Shown: positions 52,400 to 62,803 of the stretch, in pieces
Numbering within the stretch: position 1 is the stretch's first letter
How the letters are laid out: every line of letters starts with the position of its first letter
NCBI GenBank assembly: GCA_035459705.1
Contig: DATHXI010000051.1
Coordinates: forward strand, 7,205-71,204
Source of the DNA: Methylotenera sp.
GTDB lineage: Bacteria; Pseudomonadota; Gammaproteobacteria; Burkholderiales; Methylophilaceae
Length of the DNA: 64,000 nucleotides
Direction of reading: 5' to 3'
The notes under the pieces: generated by a model
Seen by the model: only the letters and a program-made list of their open reading frames with translations
The model's database searches: none
What the model was told of the DNA's origin: nothing
Position numbers and translations under genes: made by a program

Positions 52400-52966
52400 A
52401 TGGCTAGCGTAAATCCCCCTGTGTGTGATTTCGGATGGCGCGCCCCAGACTTCAACTTATTAGGTGTTGATGGTAAGCGTTATTCTTTAGCGAACAGCGT
52501 GGGCAAAAACGGTTTATTGGTGATGTTCATCTGTAACCACTGCCCTTATGTGAAAGCCATTAAAACACGCCTAGTCGCAGATTGCCGTGAGTTGCTGCAA
52601 TATGGCATCAAGACCATTGCTATTCAAAGTAACGATGCGGAAAATTATCCTGAAGATTCTTATGAGCGCATGATGGAAGAAGCTGCGCTATTTGACTTCT
52701 CATTCCCATATGTGCTGGACGACACGCAAGAAGTGGCAAAGACCTATGGTGCTGTCTGTACGCCGGATTTCTTTGGCTTTAATGCGAATCTGGAGTTGCA
52801 GTATCGAGGCCGTTTTGATGCGGCTGGACGAGGTGAACCGCCAGTGGATAACCCAAGAGATTTGTTGATTGCGATGAAGTTGATTGCAGAAACTCAGCGT
52901 GGTCCAGAACATCAAATTGCCAGTATTGGCTGTAGTATCAAATGGTTTGCTGAAGAGTCTATCTAA
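52400..52966 (+). CDS. Thioredoxin-fold protein (AhpC/TSA, PRX-like)
   Basis: FICNHCPYV, YGAVCTPDFF, SIGCSIKW. Confidence 0.92.
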   Translation: MASVNPPVCDFGWRAPDFNLLGVDGKRYSLANSVGKNGLLVMFICNHCPYVKAIKTRLVADCRELLQYGIKTIAIQSNDAENYPEDSYERMMEEAALFDFSFPYVLDDTQEVAKTYGAVCTPDFFGFNANLELQYRGRFDAAGRGEPPVDNPRDLLIAMKLIAETQRGPEHQIASIGCSIKWFAEESI

Positions 52967-52993
52967 GACTTTAAGAAGAAAAATAAGGAATAT

Positions 52994-54028
52994 ATGAGCA
53001 CAGATAAAAAACTGCGTTGGGGTATCTTGGGGGCTGCGCGTGTGAATGAGCGCTTACTCCCGGCTATTATCGAAGCGCCAAATTCAGAGTTGGTAGCGAT
53101 TGCCAGTCGTCGCGCAGGTGCAGCTAAAGCAACTTTGGAGAAGTATGCGCCTTGCCATAGCAAGGTAGCTTGCTATGACGATATGGATGCGTTGATTAAT
53201 GATATTAATGTTGACGCTATCTATTGCCCAATGGCGAATGAAGAACATGCAGCATGGGCGCTTAAAGCCATTAACGCTGGCAAGCATGTGCTTATTGAAA
53301 AGCCGATGGCACTCACAGTAAAAGATATCGAGGCAATTGAAGCTGCCGCAGCCAAAAATAAAGTCAAAGTAATGGAAGGTTTTATGTATCGCTTTCATCC
53401 ACAACATGCACGTGTGAAAGAGATTGTAGAGTCTGGTTTAATCGGCGATGTACTTTCTGCGCGAGCAAGCTATTCATTTCTTATGCGCCCAGCGCGTATG
53501 TACCGCATTAACCGTAGCATGGCAGATGGTGGCGGCGCCATGTGGGATATTGGTCCTTACGCGATTCACTCGTTGCGTTGGGCTATGGGTTTAAGCAATG
53601 GTGCAAAAGATGGCAAGCCGGCAGAACCGGTTTCAGTAGTTGCTCATGCTAAATTCAACGAGGCGGGTGCGGATATCGTAAACAGTGGCGTGCTAGATTT
53701 TGGACCGGATGTTGAAGGTCGTGCGCGCTTTGGCCATTTTGATATCAGCTTTGAACGTTCACGCAAATCAGAATACGAGATCATCGGTACCAAAGGTTGG
53801 GTCAAATGCCACGCTGCGTGGGTATTCCAAAACGATGTGCCTGTAATTTCTTGGGCGCTGGAAGACGGTAAATATGCAGAAGAACGCTTTGCGCCGAGCA
53901 ACCACTTTAACCTAGAGATTGAGCATTTCAGTGATTGTGTGTTGAATGATAAAGCGCCTTATTTGACGTTTGAAGACGCAAAGGCGAATTGCAGGGCGAT
54001 TGAGATGGCTTTGCAGGCAACCGCATAA
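52994..54028 (+). CDS. Gfo/Idh/MocA family oxidoreductase
   Basis: WGILGAA, GKHVLIEKP, MEGFMYRFHP, GGAMWDIG. Confidence 0.93.
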   Translation: MSTDKKLRWGILGAARVNERLLPAIIEAPNSELVAIASRRAGAAKATLEKYAPCHSKVACYDDMDALINDINVDAIYCPMANEEHAAWALKAINAGKHVLIEKPMALTVKDIEAIEAAAAKNKVKVMEGFMYRFHPQHARVKEIVESGLIGDVLSARASYSFLMRPARMYRINRSMADGGGAMWDIGPYAIHSLRWAMGLSNGAKDGKPAEPVSVVAHAKFNEAGADIVNSGVLDFGPDVEGRARFGHFDISFERSRKSEYEIIGTKGWVKCHAAWVFQNDVPVISWALEDGKYAEERFAPSNHFNLEIEHFSDCVLNDKAPYLTFEDAKANCRAIEMALQATA

Positions 54029-54050
54029 AGATAATGTAATTAAAAATGCA

Positions 54051-54083
54051 AATAAAAACGGGGCATTAAGCCCCGTTTTTATT
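54051..54083. terminator. Bidirectional intrinsic terminator
   Basis: AATAAAAACGGGGC-ATTAA-GCCCCGTTTTTATT between convergent genes. Confidence 0.9.
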
Positions 54084-54134
54084 ACATCTTAGTAAAACTT
54101 AGAGATTAAACTAGGAGATTAGTTAATCCCACAG

Positions 54135-54440
54135 TTATTGAACGACAATGTCGCTTTTAACATCAGTTACGCCTTTAACACTCTTGGCGATTTTCACAGC
54201 TTGATCAGCTTCAGCTTGTGTTTTTGCAGTGCCTGAAAGTTGAACCAAGCCTTTGCTGTCAGTATCAACTTTAATGTCAGAGGCACTAACCGTTTTATCT
54301 TTCGCGAACTCCGCTTTCACTTTAGTAGTGATCACAGCATCACCTAATTTAGTTGATACAGGGTCGCCTTCAGCAGCAAATGTTGATAACGGCATGACTA
54401 AAGCACCAATTACTAAAAGTGTCTTAAGATTTGTTTTCAT
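54135..54440 (-). CDS. Single-BON domain periplasmic protein (OsmY-like)
   Basis: Signal peptide from ATG 54440 (AAGGA SD); DAVITTKVKA, IKVDT..G.VQLSG, VKGVTDV. Confidence 0.9.
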   Translation of the reverse strand: MKTNLKTLLVIGALVMPLSTFAAEGDPVSTKLGDAVITTKVKAEFAKDKTVSASDIKVDTDSKGLVQLSGTAKTQAEADQAVKIAKSVKGVTDVKSDIVVQ

Positions 54441-54542
54441 GGTATTTCCTTTTTTGCGAGTTAAAAAATAGAGTTGTGTAAAACACAGACCCAATTCTAG
54501 GCGCCTGAAAAAATTATCGAATAAGACATTTTCTGATATTAC

Positions 54543-54560
54543 TGTAGGAATTTTCTGACT
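54543..54560. promoter_or_regulatory. Imperfect palindrome, GacA/NarL/RcsB-like box
   Basis: TGTAGG-N6-CTGACT about 100 bp upstream of the BON gene. Confidence 0.45.
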
Positions 54561-54761
54561 TAAAAAATTTAAATTACACTTGGCTTATACTTCGTTGGCA
54601 GATGTTCTACTTGCCGAAAAAGGCTATCTAAGCAATAATTTAACCTTTGTCGAAAAGCAGTTATTAAAACTGGCTTTTTGGAGAATTCAATCAAGGTTTT
54701 ATAAGATTTACTGCAAGAGTTAATCGGTAAAGCCTCAAGTTCAATCATGAGGGAGAATACA

Positions 54762-56744
54762 ATGGCAACACGTAAAGACCTAGCTAACGCTATCCGTGCG
54801 CTGGCAATGGACGCTGTACAAAAAGCTAACTCTGGCCACCCAGGTGCGCCTATGGGTATGGCAGAAATCGCGGAAGAGTTGTGGAATAATCACTTAAGCC
54901 ACAATCCGACTAACCCAAGCTGGGCAAATCGCGACCGTTTCGTTCTCTCTAATGGTCACGGTTCAATGTTGATCTATTCATTGCTACACCTCACAGGTTA
55001 TGCATTGCCAATGGACGAACTCAAAACATTCCGTCAATTACATTCAAAATGTGCTGGTCACCCAGAGTACGGCTACGCACCAGGCATTGAAACAACCACT
55101 GGTCCATTAGGCCAAGGTATTGCAAACGGTGTTGGTTTCGCAATGGCTGAAAAATTATTGGCTAACCAATTCAACAAACCTGGCCACGACATCGTTGACC
55201 ACAGCACATATGTGTTCTTGGGTGACGGCTGTATGATGGAAGGCGTTTCTCACGAAGCTTGTGCTTTAGCTGGTACTTGGGGCTTGGGAAAATTGACAGC
55301 ATTCTGGGATGACAACGGTATTTCTATCGATGGTCATATCGAAGGTTGGTACACAGACGATACAGCTAAACGTTTTGAGTCATATGGCTGGCACGTTCAG
55401 TCAGTAGACGGTCATGACGTTGCAGCTATCGGTGCTGCAATTGCTGCAGCTAAGAAAGTTACAGACAAACCATCATTGATCTGCTGTAAAACAGTGATCG
55501 GTATGGGTTCACCAAACAAATCAGGTTCACATGATTGCCACGGTTCTGCATTAGGTGACGATGAAGTTGCTGCTACACGTGCAAACATCGGTTGGAATCA
55601 CGAGCCATTCGTAATTCCAGCAGACGTTTACGCTGGTTGGGATGCAAAAGCTAAAGGCGCTGCTGCTGAAGCTGCTTGGGATGCTAAATTTGATGCATAC
55701 GCTAAGGCTTTCCCAGCTGAGGCTGCAGAGTTCAAACGCCGCATGGCAGGTGACTTGCCAGCTAACTGGACAGAAGCAACGAATGCAATCATCGCTGCAA
55801 CAAACGAAAAAGCTGAAGGCGTTGCAACACGTAAAGCATCACAAAACGTTATCGGTGCATTAGCTCCATTGTTGCCTGAATTCTTAGGCGGTTCTGCTGA
55901 CTTAACAGGTTCTAACTTAACTTCAACTGGCAGCTTTGTTCACGTTGATGCGAAAAAACCAGGTAACTACATTTCATACGGCGTACGTGAATTCGGTATG
56001 TTCGCAATCATGAACGGTATGGCATTACACGGTGGTTTGATTCCATTCGGCGGTACATTCCACATGTTCTCTGACTATGCGAAGAGTGCATTGCGTATGG
56101 CTGCATTGATGAAACAACGCACTATTGCTGTTTTGACACATGACTCTATCGGTCAAGGTGAAGATGGTCCAACCCACCAACCAGTCGAAAATACAGCTGG
56201 TCTACGTTACATTCCAAATATGGATGTATGGCGTCCAGGTTCTTCAACTGAAACTGCTGTAGCTTGGATTGCTGCAGTTGAGCGCAAAAATGGTCCTTCA
56301 AGCTTAGTATTAAGCCGTCAAAACGTGCCAGGCATCAAACACGATGCAGCGCAGTTTGCTGGTATGCGTAAAGGTGCTTATGTGTTGTCTGATGTTGCTG
56401 GTGCACAAGTCATCATTATCGCTAACGGTTCTGAGCTTGACTTAGCTGTTAAAGCAGCAGCTGAGTTGAACGCTGCTGGTACTAAAGTACGTGTAGTTTC
56501 AATGCCATCAACCAACGTATTTGACCGTCAAGACAAAGCTTACAAAGACAGCGTATTAACTCCAGGTGTAAAACGCGTGGCTGTTGAAGCTGGTGTAACT
56601 GACTTCTGGCGTAAATATGTAGGTTTAGAAGGTGCTGTAGTTGGTATCGACACATTCGGTGAATCTGCACCTGGTGGCGCATTGATGAAACACTTTGGCT
56701 TTACTGTAGAGAATGTTGTAGCGACTGTTAAATCGGTGCTTTAA
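54762..56744 (+). CDS. tkt: Transketolase
   Basis: [36 protein letters not shown]; GGGAG SD before ATG 54762. Confidence 0.99.
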   Translation: MATRKDLANAIRALAMDAVQKANSGHPGAPMGMAEIAEELWNNHLSHNPTNPSWANRDRFVLSNGHGSMLIYSLLHLTGYALPMDELKTFRQLHSKCAGHPEYGYAPGIETTTGPLGQGIANGVGFAMAEKLLANQFNKPGHDIVDHSTYVFLGDGCMMEGVSHEACALAGTWGLGKLTAFWDDNGISIDGHIEGWYTDDTAKRFESYGWHVQSVDGHDVAAIGAAIAAAKKVTDKPSLICCKTVIGMGSPNKSGSHDCHGSALGDDEVAATRANIGWNHEPFVIPADVYAGWDAKAKGAAAEAAWDAKFDAYAKAFPAEAAEFKRRMAGDLPANWTEATNAIIAATNEKAEGVATRKASQNVIGALAPLLPEFLGGSADLTGSNLTSTGSFVHVDAKKPGNYISYGVREFGMFAIMNGMALHGGLIPFGGTFHMFSDYAKSALRMAALMKQRTIAVLTHDSIGQGEDGPTHQPVENTAGLRYIPNMDVWRPGSSTETAVAWIAAVERKNGPSSLVLSRQNVPGIKHDAAQFAGMRKGAYVLSDVAGAQVIIIANGSELDLAVKAAAELNAAGTKVRVVSMPSTNVFDRQDKAYKDSVLTPGVKRVAVEAGVTDFWRKYVGLEGAVVGIDTFGESAPGGALMKHFGFTVENVVATVKSVL

Positions 56745-56770
56745 TTTTCTAGCAGTTAAATTAGCTAGTT

Positions 56771-56806
56771 AAATAGGGCACCTCTTTTGAGGTGCCCTAT
56801 TTTTTT
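56771..56806 (+). terminator. Intrinsic terminator after tkt
   Basis: AAATAGGGCACCTC-TTTT-GAGGTGCCCTATTTTTTT. Confidence 0.9.
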
Positions 56807-56860
56807 CACGAAGCTGACTCTTAATCAGCCTCAAATTATTAGAAACGTTTAGGAATTATC

Positions 56861-57880
56861 ATGGCAATTCGAGTGGCAATTAATGGGTATGGTCGTATTG
56901 GGCGCATGGTGTTGCGCGCTTTGTATGAATCAGGTCGCAAGGATATCGAAATTATCGCAATCAATAGTAGCGGTGGCGATGCGGAATCTAATGCACATTT
57001 AACCCGCTATGATAGTGCACACGGTCGATTCCCATTCGAGATTGGTGTAGATGGCGATGACATGATCATCAATAGCCATAAGATCAGAACCTTCTCGACG
57101 CGTAATCCTGCTGAGTTGCCTTGGAAAGAATTAGCGATTGATGTCGTTATGGAATGTACAGGCGCATTTAATAGCAAAGCCAAATCACAAGCACATATTA
57201 ATGCAGGTGCAAAAAAAGTACTGTTATCAGCGCCTGGTGATAAAGATGTGGACGCGACGGTTGTTTATGGCGTGAATCATAAAGTGATTAAAGCTAGCCA
57301 TACGGTAATTTCTAATGCCTCATGCACCACTAATGGCTTAGCGCCTATGGTGCAACCATTGCATGAAAAGATTGGTATTGTGAATGGTTTGATGAATACG
57401 ATTCACTCTTACACCAATGACCAGGTACTGACAGATGCGCATCACACTGATATGCGTCGCGCACGTTCTGCGACGACTTCATTGATTCCAACCAAGACTG
57501 GTGCTGCTGCTGCAGTAGGTTTGGTGTTGCCAGAGCTTAACGGTAAGCTGGATGGCTTTGCGATTCGTGTGCCGACTATCAACGTATCGTTGGTTGATTT
57601 GACCTTTACGCCATCTCGTCCAACTACTAAAGAAGAAGTGAATCACATCATGCACGAGGCTGCTACTAAAGGCCCGCTTAAAGGTATCTTGTCTTATAAC
57701 GAGGCACCGCTGGTATCTGTGGATTATAACCATACTGATTTCTCATCAAACTTTGATGCAACGCTGACTAAAGTTACTAAAGATGGCTTATTGGTAAAAG
57801 TGTGTGCTTGGTATGACAATGAGTGGGGCTTTAGTTGCAGGATGCTAGATAATGCTGCTGCAATGATGGCCGCTAAATAA
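56861..57880 (+). CDS. gap: Type I glyceraldehyde-3-phosphate dehydrogenase
   Basis: [27 protein letters not shown]. Confidence 0.96.
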   Translation: MAIRVAINGYGRIGRMVLRALYESGRKDIEIIAINSSGGDAESNAHLTRYDSAHGRFPFEIGVDGDDMIINSHKIRTFSTRNPAELPWKELAIDVVMECTGAFNSKAKSQAHINAGAKKVLLSAPGDKDVDATVVYGVNHKVIKASHTVISNASCTTNGLAPMVQPLHEKIGIVNGLMNTIHSYTNDQVLTDAHHTDMRRARSATTSLIPTKTGAAAAVGLVLPELNGKLDGFAIRVPTINVSLVDLTFTPSRPTTKEEVNHIMHEAATKGPLKGILSYNEAPLVSVDYNHTDFSSNFDATLTKVTKDGLLVKVCAWYDNEWGFSCRMLDNAAAMMAAK

Positions 57881-57898
57881 CTTAATTTAGGAAAAATA

Positions 57899-58135
57899 AT
57901 GATTACTCTTAAAGAAAAAAATACTAATAAATGGTTGGGTTCAATCACAGAGGATCAGTTGCAATTCCTAATTGATCAGTTAGAAGAAGAGCATAAAGAC
58001 GACCAAGATTATTGGTTAAATAGAATTACTTTAGATGTATTAAAAGAAAATGGTGCCGATACAGCTTTGACATCCATGATTGAAGAAGCAATGGGTGATA
58101 AAGACGAAATTGAGTTTTATTGGACCAAATCCTAA
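57899..58135 (+). CDS. Small acidic hypothetical protein
   Basis: 78 aa, AGGA SD, tightly packed between gap and pgk. Confidence 0.8.
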   Translation: MITLKEKNTNKWLGSITEDQLQFLIDQLEEEHKDDQDYWLNRITLDVLKENGADTALTSMIEEAMGDKDEIEFYWTKS

Positions 58136-58151
58136 TCATAAAGGTTAAGTA

Positions 58152-59333
58152 ATGAACGTTATTAAAATGACCGATTTGGATCTAAGCGGCAAACGCGTAT
58201 TGATCCGTGCCGACTTGAATGTGCCGGTAGCCGAAGGCAAGGTCACTTCAGATGCGCGTATCACAGCATCAATGGCGACTATTGAGTACGCACTGAATAA
58301 GGGCGCCAAAGTCATGGTGACGTCGCATTTGGGCCGACCTGAAGAAGGTGTGTATTCAGAAGAAAACTCACTTAAACCTGTCGTTGATGTGATTTCTAAA
58401 AAGTTAGCTAAACCTGTACGTTTGATTAAAGACTGGGTGGATGGCGGCTTTGATGTAGCTGCTGGTGAACTAGTCGTTCTTGAAAACTGTCGATTTAACA
58501 AAGGTGAAAAGAAAAGCGTTGATGAGTTGTCACAAAAGTATGCCAAGCTATGCGACATCTTTGTGATGGACGCTTTTGGCACAGCGCACCGTGCAGAAGC
58601 TTCTACCCACGGTGTTGCAAAGTTTGCACCTGTGGCTGCTGCGGGTATATTGTTAGTAAACGAACTGGAAGCACTTACTAAAGCTTTATTGAGCCCGGCG
58701 CGTCCGATGGTAGCGATTGTCGGTGGTAGCAAAGTATCTACTAAGTTGACAGTGTTGGAGAGTTTGTCAGAAAAAGTAGACCAGATGGTGGTTGGTGGCG
58801 GTATTGCCAATACTTTCTTGAAAGCGGCAGGTTATGAAGTGGGTAAGTCATTATGTGAAGATGATTTAGTGCCTACAGCGCGTGCATTGATGGAAAAAAT
58901 GTCACAAAGAGGCGCGGCAGTGCCAATTGCAGTAGACGTAGTGTGCGGTAAGAAGTTTGATGCTAATGAGCCAGCAGCTAAGAAAGACGTGGCTTCTGTG
59001 GCAGCCGATGATATGATTTTTGATATTGGCTCGAAATCTGCTAATGAATTAGCAGAGATCATTAAAAATGCTGGGACTGTAGTCTGGAACGGCCCAGTAG
59101 GTGTGTTTGAGTTTGATCAATTTGGTGAAGGTACCAAGACGATTGCACATGCGATTGCTAACACCAAGGCATTTACACTTGCAGGTGGCGGCGACACGAT
59201 TGCGGCGATCCAGAAATATGACATCTATGACAAAGTGTCTTATATTTCGACTGCAGGCGGTGCATTTTTAGAGTTTTTAGAAGGTAAGAAATTGCCAGCG
59301 GTAGAGATTTTAGAGCTACGTGCAAGCAGTTAA
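58152..59333 (+). CDS. pgk: Phosphoglycerate kinase
   Basis: [35 protein letters not shown]. Confidence 0.99.
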   Translation: MNVIKMTDLDLSGKRVLIRADLNVPVAEGKVTSDARITASMATIEYALNKGAKVMVTSHLGRPEEGVYSEENSLKPVVDVISKKLAKPVRLIKDWVDGGFDVAAGELVVLENCRFNKGEKKSVDELSQKYAKLCDIFVMDAFGTAHRAEASTHGVAKFAPVAAAGILLVNELEALTKALLSPARPMVAIVGGSKVSTKLTVLESLSEKVDQMVVGGGIANTFLKAAGYEVGKSLCEDDLVPTARALMEKMSQRGAAVPIAVDVVCGKKFDANEPAAKKDVASVAADDMIFDIGSKSANELAEIIKNAGTVVWNGPVGVFEFDQFGEGTKTIAHAIANTKAFTLAGGGDTIAAIQKYDIYDKVSYISTAGGAFLEFLEGKKLPAVEILELRASS

Positions 59334-59356
59334 TGCCCTAAGGTTTTAACAATACG

Positions 59357-59380
59357 AAAGGGGCTATGAGCCCCTTTTTT
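59357..59380 (+). terminator. Intrinsic terminator after pgk
   Basis: AAAGGGGCT-ATG-AGCCCCTTTTTT. Confidence 0.85.
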
Positions 59381-59432
59381 ATTTGAAATTACTGCATAAT
59401 AATTCAGTGGTTTTGTAGAAAATGGTAAAAGT

Positions 59433-60869
59433 TTGACACTACGAAAAACAAAAATTGTCGCAACACTTGGTCCATCCTCAAGCAGTGAGGAGATGTTGGC
59501 TCGCATGATCACGGCTGGGGTCAATGTTGTGCGTCTGAATTTTTCGCATGGCTTAGCTGAAGACCATATTCATCGTGCTGAAATTGTACGTAATATTGCC
59601 ATGAAGCTTGGTCGCCCTGTCGGTGTGCTGTGTGATTTGCAAGGCCCCAAAATCCGTATCGGAAAATTTGAACTTGGTAAGGTGACACTAAAAACGGGTG
59701 ATTTGTTTGTATTAGACGCAGATTGTGTGTTGGGTGATCAGTACCATGTGGGATTAGACTACAAAACGCTGCCGCAAGAAGTGACGCCAGATGCGATTTT
59801 ATTGCTGGATGACGGTCGTATCACCATGCAAGTGGATAGGATAAAAGGCAATCAGATTCATTGTGTGGTGCTGACTGGCGGCGTGCTGAGTAATAACAAG
59901 GGTATCAACCGTCAGGGCGGTGGCTTGTCTGCAGATGCGTTGACCAAGAAGGATCAGGAGGATATTAAAACGGCTGTAGCGCTAGAGGCTGACTATATCG
60001 CCGTTTCCTTTCCAAAGTCAGCTGCAGATGTTGAATATGCGCGTAGCTTAATTAAGAAAGCAGGCGGCACAGCGAGCATAGTCGCTAAGATTGAGCGCGC
60101 AGAAGCCATTGATAACTTAGAGGCAATTATCGATGCGTCTGATGCCATCATGGTGGCGCGTGGCGATTTGGGTGTTGAGGTGGGTGATGCTGCGGTGCCG
60201 GGTTTACAAAAACGTATGATACGCATGGCACGTGCGCAAAATAAGCTGGTGATTACGGCCACGCAAATGATGGAGTCGATGATTACTAGTCCGATTCCGA
60301 CACGTGCAGAAGTCTCGGATGTGGCTAATGCGGTACTTGATGGCACAGATGCCGTGATGTTGTCAGCAGAAACGGCGGCAGGCCAATACCCACTGGAAAC
60401 CGTGCAAGCGGTGCACCGTGTAGCATTGGAGGCTGAAAAGGAATATTTCGGTCAATATAGGGCGCATAAACCTGACCAAGTATTCGTCAAAACAGACGAA
60501 GCGGTTGCGGCGGCGGCCATCTATACCGCGCAACACATGAAAGTCAAAGCGATTGCTGCACTCACGCAGTCTGGCAATGCAGCACAATGGTTATCGCGCG
60601 CGGATGCTGAAGTACCGATTTATGCCTTATCTCCAGACAAATATGCGCGCAGGAAACTGACCCTACATCGCGGCGTTTACCCATACCCAATTGACCAAGA
60701 GGGTAAAGATAGAGACGAGATTCTGAAAGAGATGGAACAAGTATTATTGCAACAGAAAGTCGTCAGTACGGGAGATTTGGTATTGCTGACATTTGGCGAA
60801 CCAATCGGTAGCCCTGGCGGCACGAACACGCTTAAAATCGTGACGATTGGCGAAAATAGACAGTCCTGA
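59433..60869 (+). CDS. pyk: Pyruvate kinase
   Basis: TKIVATLGP, RLNFSHG, DLQGPKIR, MVARGDLG, PTRAE; TTG start. Confidence 0.98.
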   Translation: MTLRKTKIVATLGPSSSSEEMLARMITAGVNVVRLNFSHGLAEDHIHRAEIVRNIAMKLGRPVGVLCDLQGPKIRIGKFELGKVTLKTGDLFVLDADCVLGDQYHVGLDYKTLPQEVTPDAILLLDDGRITMQVDRIKGNQIHCVVLTGGVLSNNKGINRQGGGLSADALTKKDQEDIKTAVALEADYIAVSFPKSAADVEYARSLIKKAGGTASIVAKIERAEAIDNLEAIIDASDAIMVARGDLGVEVGDAAVPGLQKRMIRMARAQNKLVITATQMMESMITSPIPTRAEVSDVANAVLDGTDAVMLSAETAAGQYPLETVQAVHRVALEAEKEYFGQYRAHKPDQVFVKTDEAVAAAAIYTAQHMKVKAIAALTQSGNAAQWLSRADAEVPIYALSPDKYARRKLTLHRGVYPYPIDQEGKDRDEILKEMEQVLLQQKVVSTGDLVLLTFGEPIGSPGGTNTLKIVTIGENRQS

Positions 60870-60943
60870 GTTTGTAATTATTACTGCGTTAAACGCCATT
60901 GCAAATCTGGTAAAATGGCAAGTCAACTTAACTGAACCGCATC

Positions 60944-61843
60944 ATGAGCCAGCCTTTACTAGAAACCAGCATTCACAGTCTTAAACGCATCCATCAGGGT
61001 AAAGTCCGCGATATTTATGATATTGATGCCAATACCATGTTGCTGGTTAGTACAGATAGGCTGTCAGCGTTTGATGTGATTTTGCCTACCGGTATTGCCA
61101 ATAAAGGCGCGATGCTGACGCAGATGGCCAACTTCTGGTTTGAGAAGTTAAAAGACGTAGTGCCTAATCATTTAACAGGTATTGACCCAGTTAGCGTAGT
61201 GACAGATAGCGCTGAAAAAGCCCAGTTAGCGAATCGTTCAGTGGTGGTGAAAAAGCTCAAAGCCTTGCCAATTGAAGCGATTGTGCGTGGCTATTTGGTC
61301 GGCAGCGGTTGGAAAGAATATAAAGCCAAAGGTACGGTGTGCGGTATTCCATTGCCTGCTGGCCTGCAAGAAGCGTCAAAATTACCCGCACCAATCTTTA
61401 CACCTTCAAGTAAAGCGGCTGTGGGTGAGCATGATGAAAACATCAGCTTGCAGCAATGCGCAGATTTGATTGGTCAGGACATGGCAGATCAAGTCGCCAA
61501 GGTTGCCATTGCCCTGTATAGCCAAGCAGCGGAGTATGCACTCACTCGCGGTATTATCATTGCTGATACTAAATTCGAATTCGGTTTGGATGCAAATGGT
61601 GTGTTGCATGTAATGGATGAAGTGTTAACCCCAGACTCATCACGTTTTTGGCCTGCAGAAAGTTATGCGGTCGGCAAAAATCCACCAAGTTACGATAAGC
61701 AATACGTACGTGATTGGCTGGAATCTTGTGGCTGGAACAAAACACCACCTGCACCTACGTTGCCCGATGATGTGGCTAGACGCACCTCAGAGAAGTATAT
61801 GGAAGCGTTTGTTAAACTGACTGATACTGCACTGGTGGTTTAA
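60944..61843 (+). CDS. purC: SAICAR synthetase
   Basis: GKVRDIY, TDRLSAFD, ADTKFEFG, DEVLTPDSSR. Confidence 0.98.
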   Translation: MSQPLLETSIHSLKRIHQGKVRDIYDIDANTMLLVSTDRLSAFDVILPTGIANKGAMLTQMANFWFEKLKDVVPNHLTGIDPVSVVTDSAEKAQLANRSVVVKKLKALPIEAIVRGYLVGSGWKEYKAKGTVCGIPLPAGLQEASKLPAPIFTPSSKAAVGEHDENISLQQCADLIGQDMADQVAKVAIALYSQAAEYALTRGIIIADTKFEFGLDANGVLHVMDEVLTPDSSRFWPAESYAVGKNPPSYDKQYVRDWLESCGWNKTPPAPTLPDDVARRTSEKYMEAFVKLTDTALVV

Positions 61844-62122
61844 ATGTTTGAACGGCTGAAAGCGATTGCTGCGAAGCTTAAAGCTGAATTCGTTTTCTAC
61901 AAACGCTTACAGCAACACCCGCAAACGCCCGCGTTAGCTAAATTTTTTTTATGGCTGGCGATTGGTTACATTCTGCTACCTTTTGACTTGATCCCAGACT
62001 TTATCCCCGTGCTCGGCCAATTAGATGAAGTCATCATCATTCCTTTGCTGCTTTATTGTGCTTTGAAATGTACGCCTCAGCATGTCATTGATAGCTGCCG
62101 CATTCAAATTGCAAGCGACTAG
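61844..62122 (+). CDS. DUF1232 (YkvA-family) membrane protein
   Basis: YILLPFDLIPDFIPVLGQLDE. Confidence 0.9.
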   Translation: MFERLKAIAAKLKAEFVFYKRLQQHPQTPALAKFFLWLAIGYILLPFDLIPDFIPVLGQLDEVIIIPLLLYCALKCTPQHVIDSCRIQIASD

Positions 62123-62192
62123 AGTAAAAAGGCCGCCTGCTTTGCGTTATAATTGCGCCTCAAAATTATTGTTTTCAGCTAGGAATTAAGTA

Positions 62193-62741
62193 ATGTCGTT
62201 AAATCAAGTGCCAACCGGTAAAGATGTACCCAATGACTTCAATGTCATTATCGAAATCCCAATGCAGGGTGACCCAGTTAAGTATGAAGTGGATAAAGAA
62301 AGCGGCGCGATTTTTGTAGACCGTTTTATGGGTACTTCTATGCAATACCCAACCAATTATGGTTATGTGCCACATACTCTGGCTGATGATGGTGACCCGG
62401 TGGATGTGCTGGTGATGACGCCAGTGCCATTGATTCCAGGTGTGGTGGTGCGCTGCCGTCCATTAGGCGTATTGTTGATGGAAGATGAAGCTGGCCTTGA
62501 TGCTAAAGTATTAGCGGTGCCAGTAGAAAAAGTATGCCGTTTATACGGTCATCTAAAGAGCTACACAGATTTATCTGCATGGCGTCTGGAAATGATTTCA
62601 CATTTCTTCGAGCACTATAAAGACCTTGATGTAGGTAAATGGGTCAAGATCAACGGCTGGGGTGATATTGATGCTGCAAGAAAAGAAATTCTTGATGGCG
62701 TTGATAACTTCAATAAAGCGAAGGTAAAGCCAGCGTTCTAG
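62193..62741 (+). CDS. ppa: Soluble inorganic pyrophosphatase (family I)
   Basis: KYE, VDR, YPTNYG, DGDPVD, HFFEHYK. Confidence 0.98.
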   Translation: MSLNQVPTGKDVPNDFNVIIEIPMQGDPVKYEVDKESGAIFVDRFMGTSMQYPTNYGYVPHTLADDGDPVDVLVMTPVPLIPGVVVRCRPLGVLLMEDEAGLDAKVLAVPVEKVCRLYGHLKSYTDLSAWRLEMISHFFEHYKDLDVGKWVKINGWGDIDAARKEILDGVDNFNKAKVKPAF

Positions 62742-62767
62742 TTTTCAAAATACGCTTTTATCATTAT

Positions 62768-62793
62768 AAAAAGGCAGCCTCGGCTGCCTTTTT
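62768..62793. terminator. Bidirectional intrinsic terminator
   Basis: AAAAAGGCAGCC-TC-GGCTGCCTTTTT between convergent ppa and VIT genes. Confidence 0.88.
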
Positions 62794-62803
62794 ATTTGCT
62801 GCT

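Noticed and set aside
54035-54050. TGTAATTAAAAATGCA, loosely similar to the argA palindrome
   Set aside because: Wrong spacing and located between convergent gene ends
58145-58810. 221-aa antisense ORF over pgk, and similar shadow ORFs over moaA, ftsA, ftsZ, murC and argA
   Set aside because: Antisense open frames are expected from codon bias in conserved genes and have no independent support
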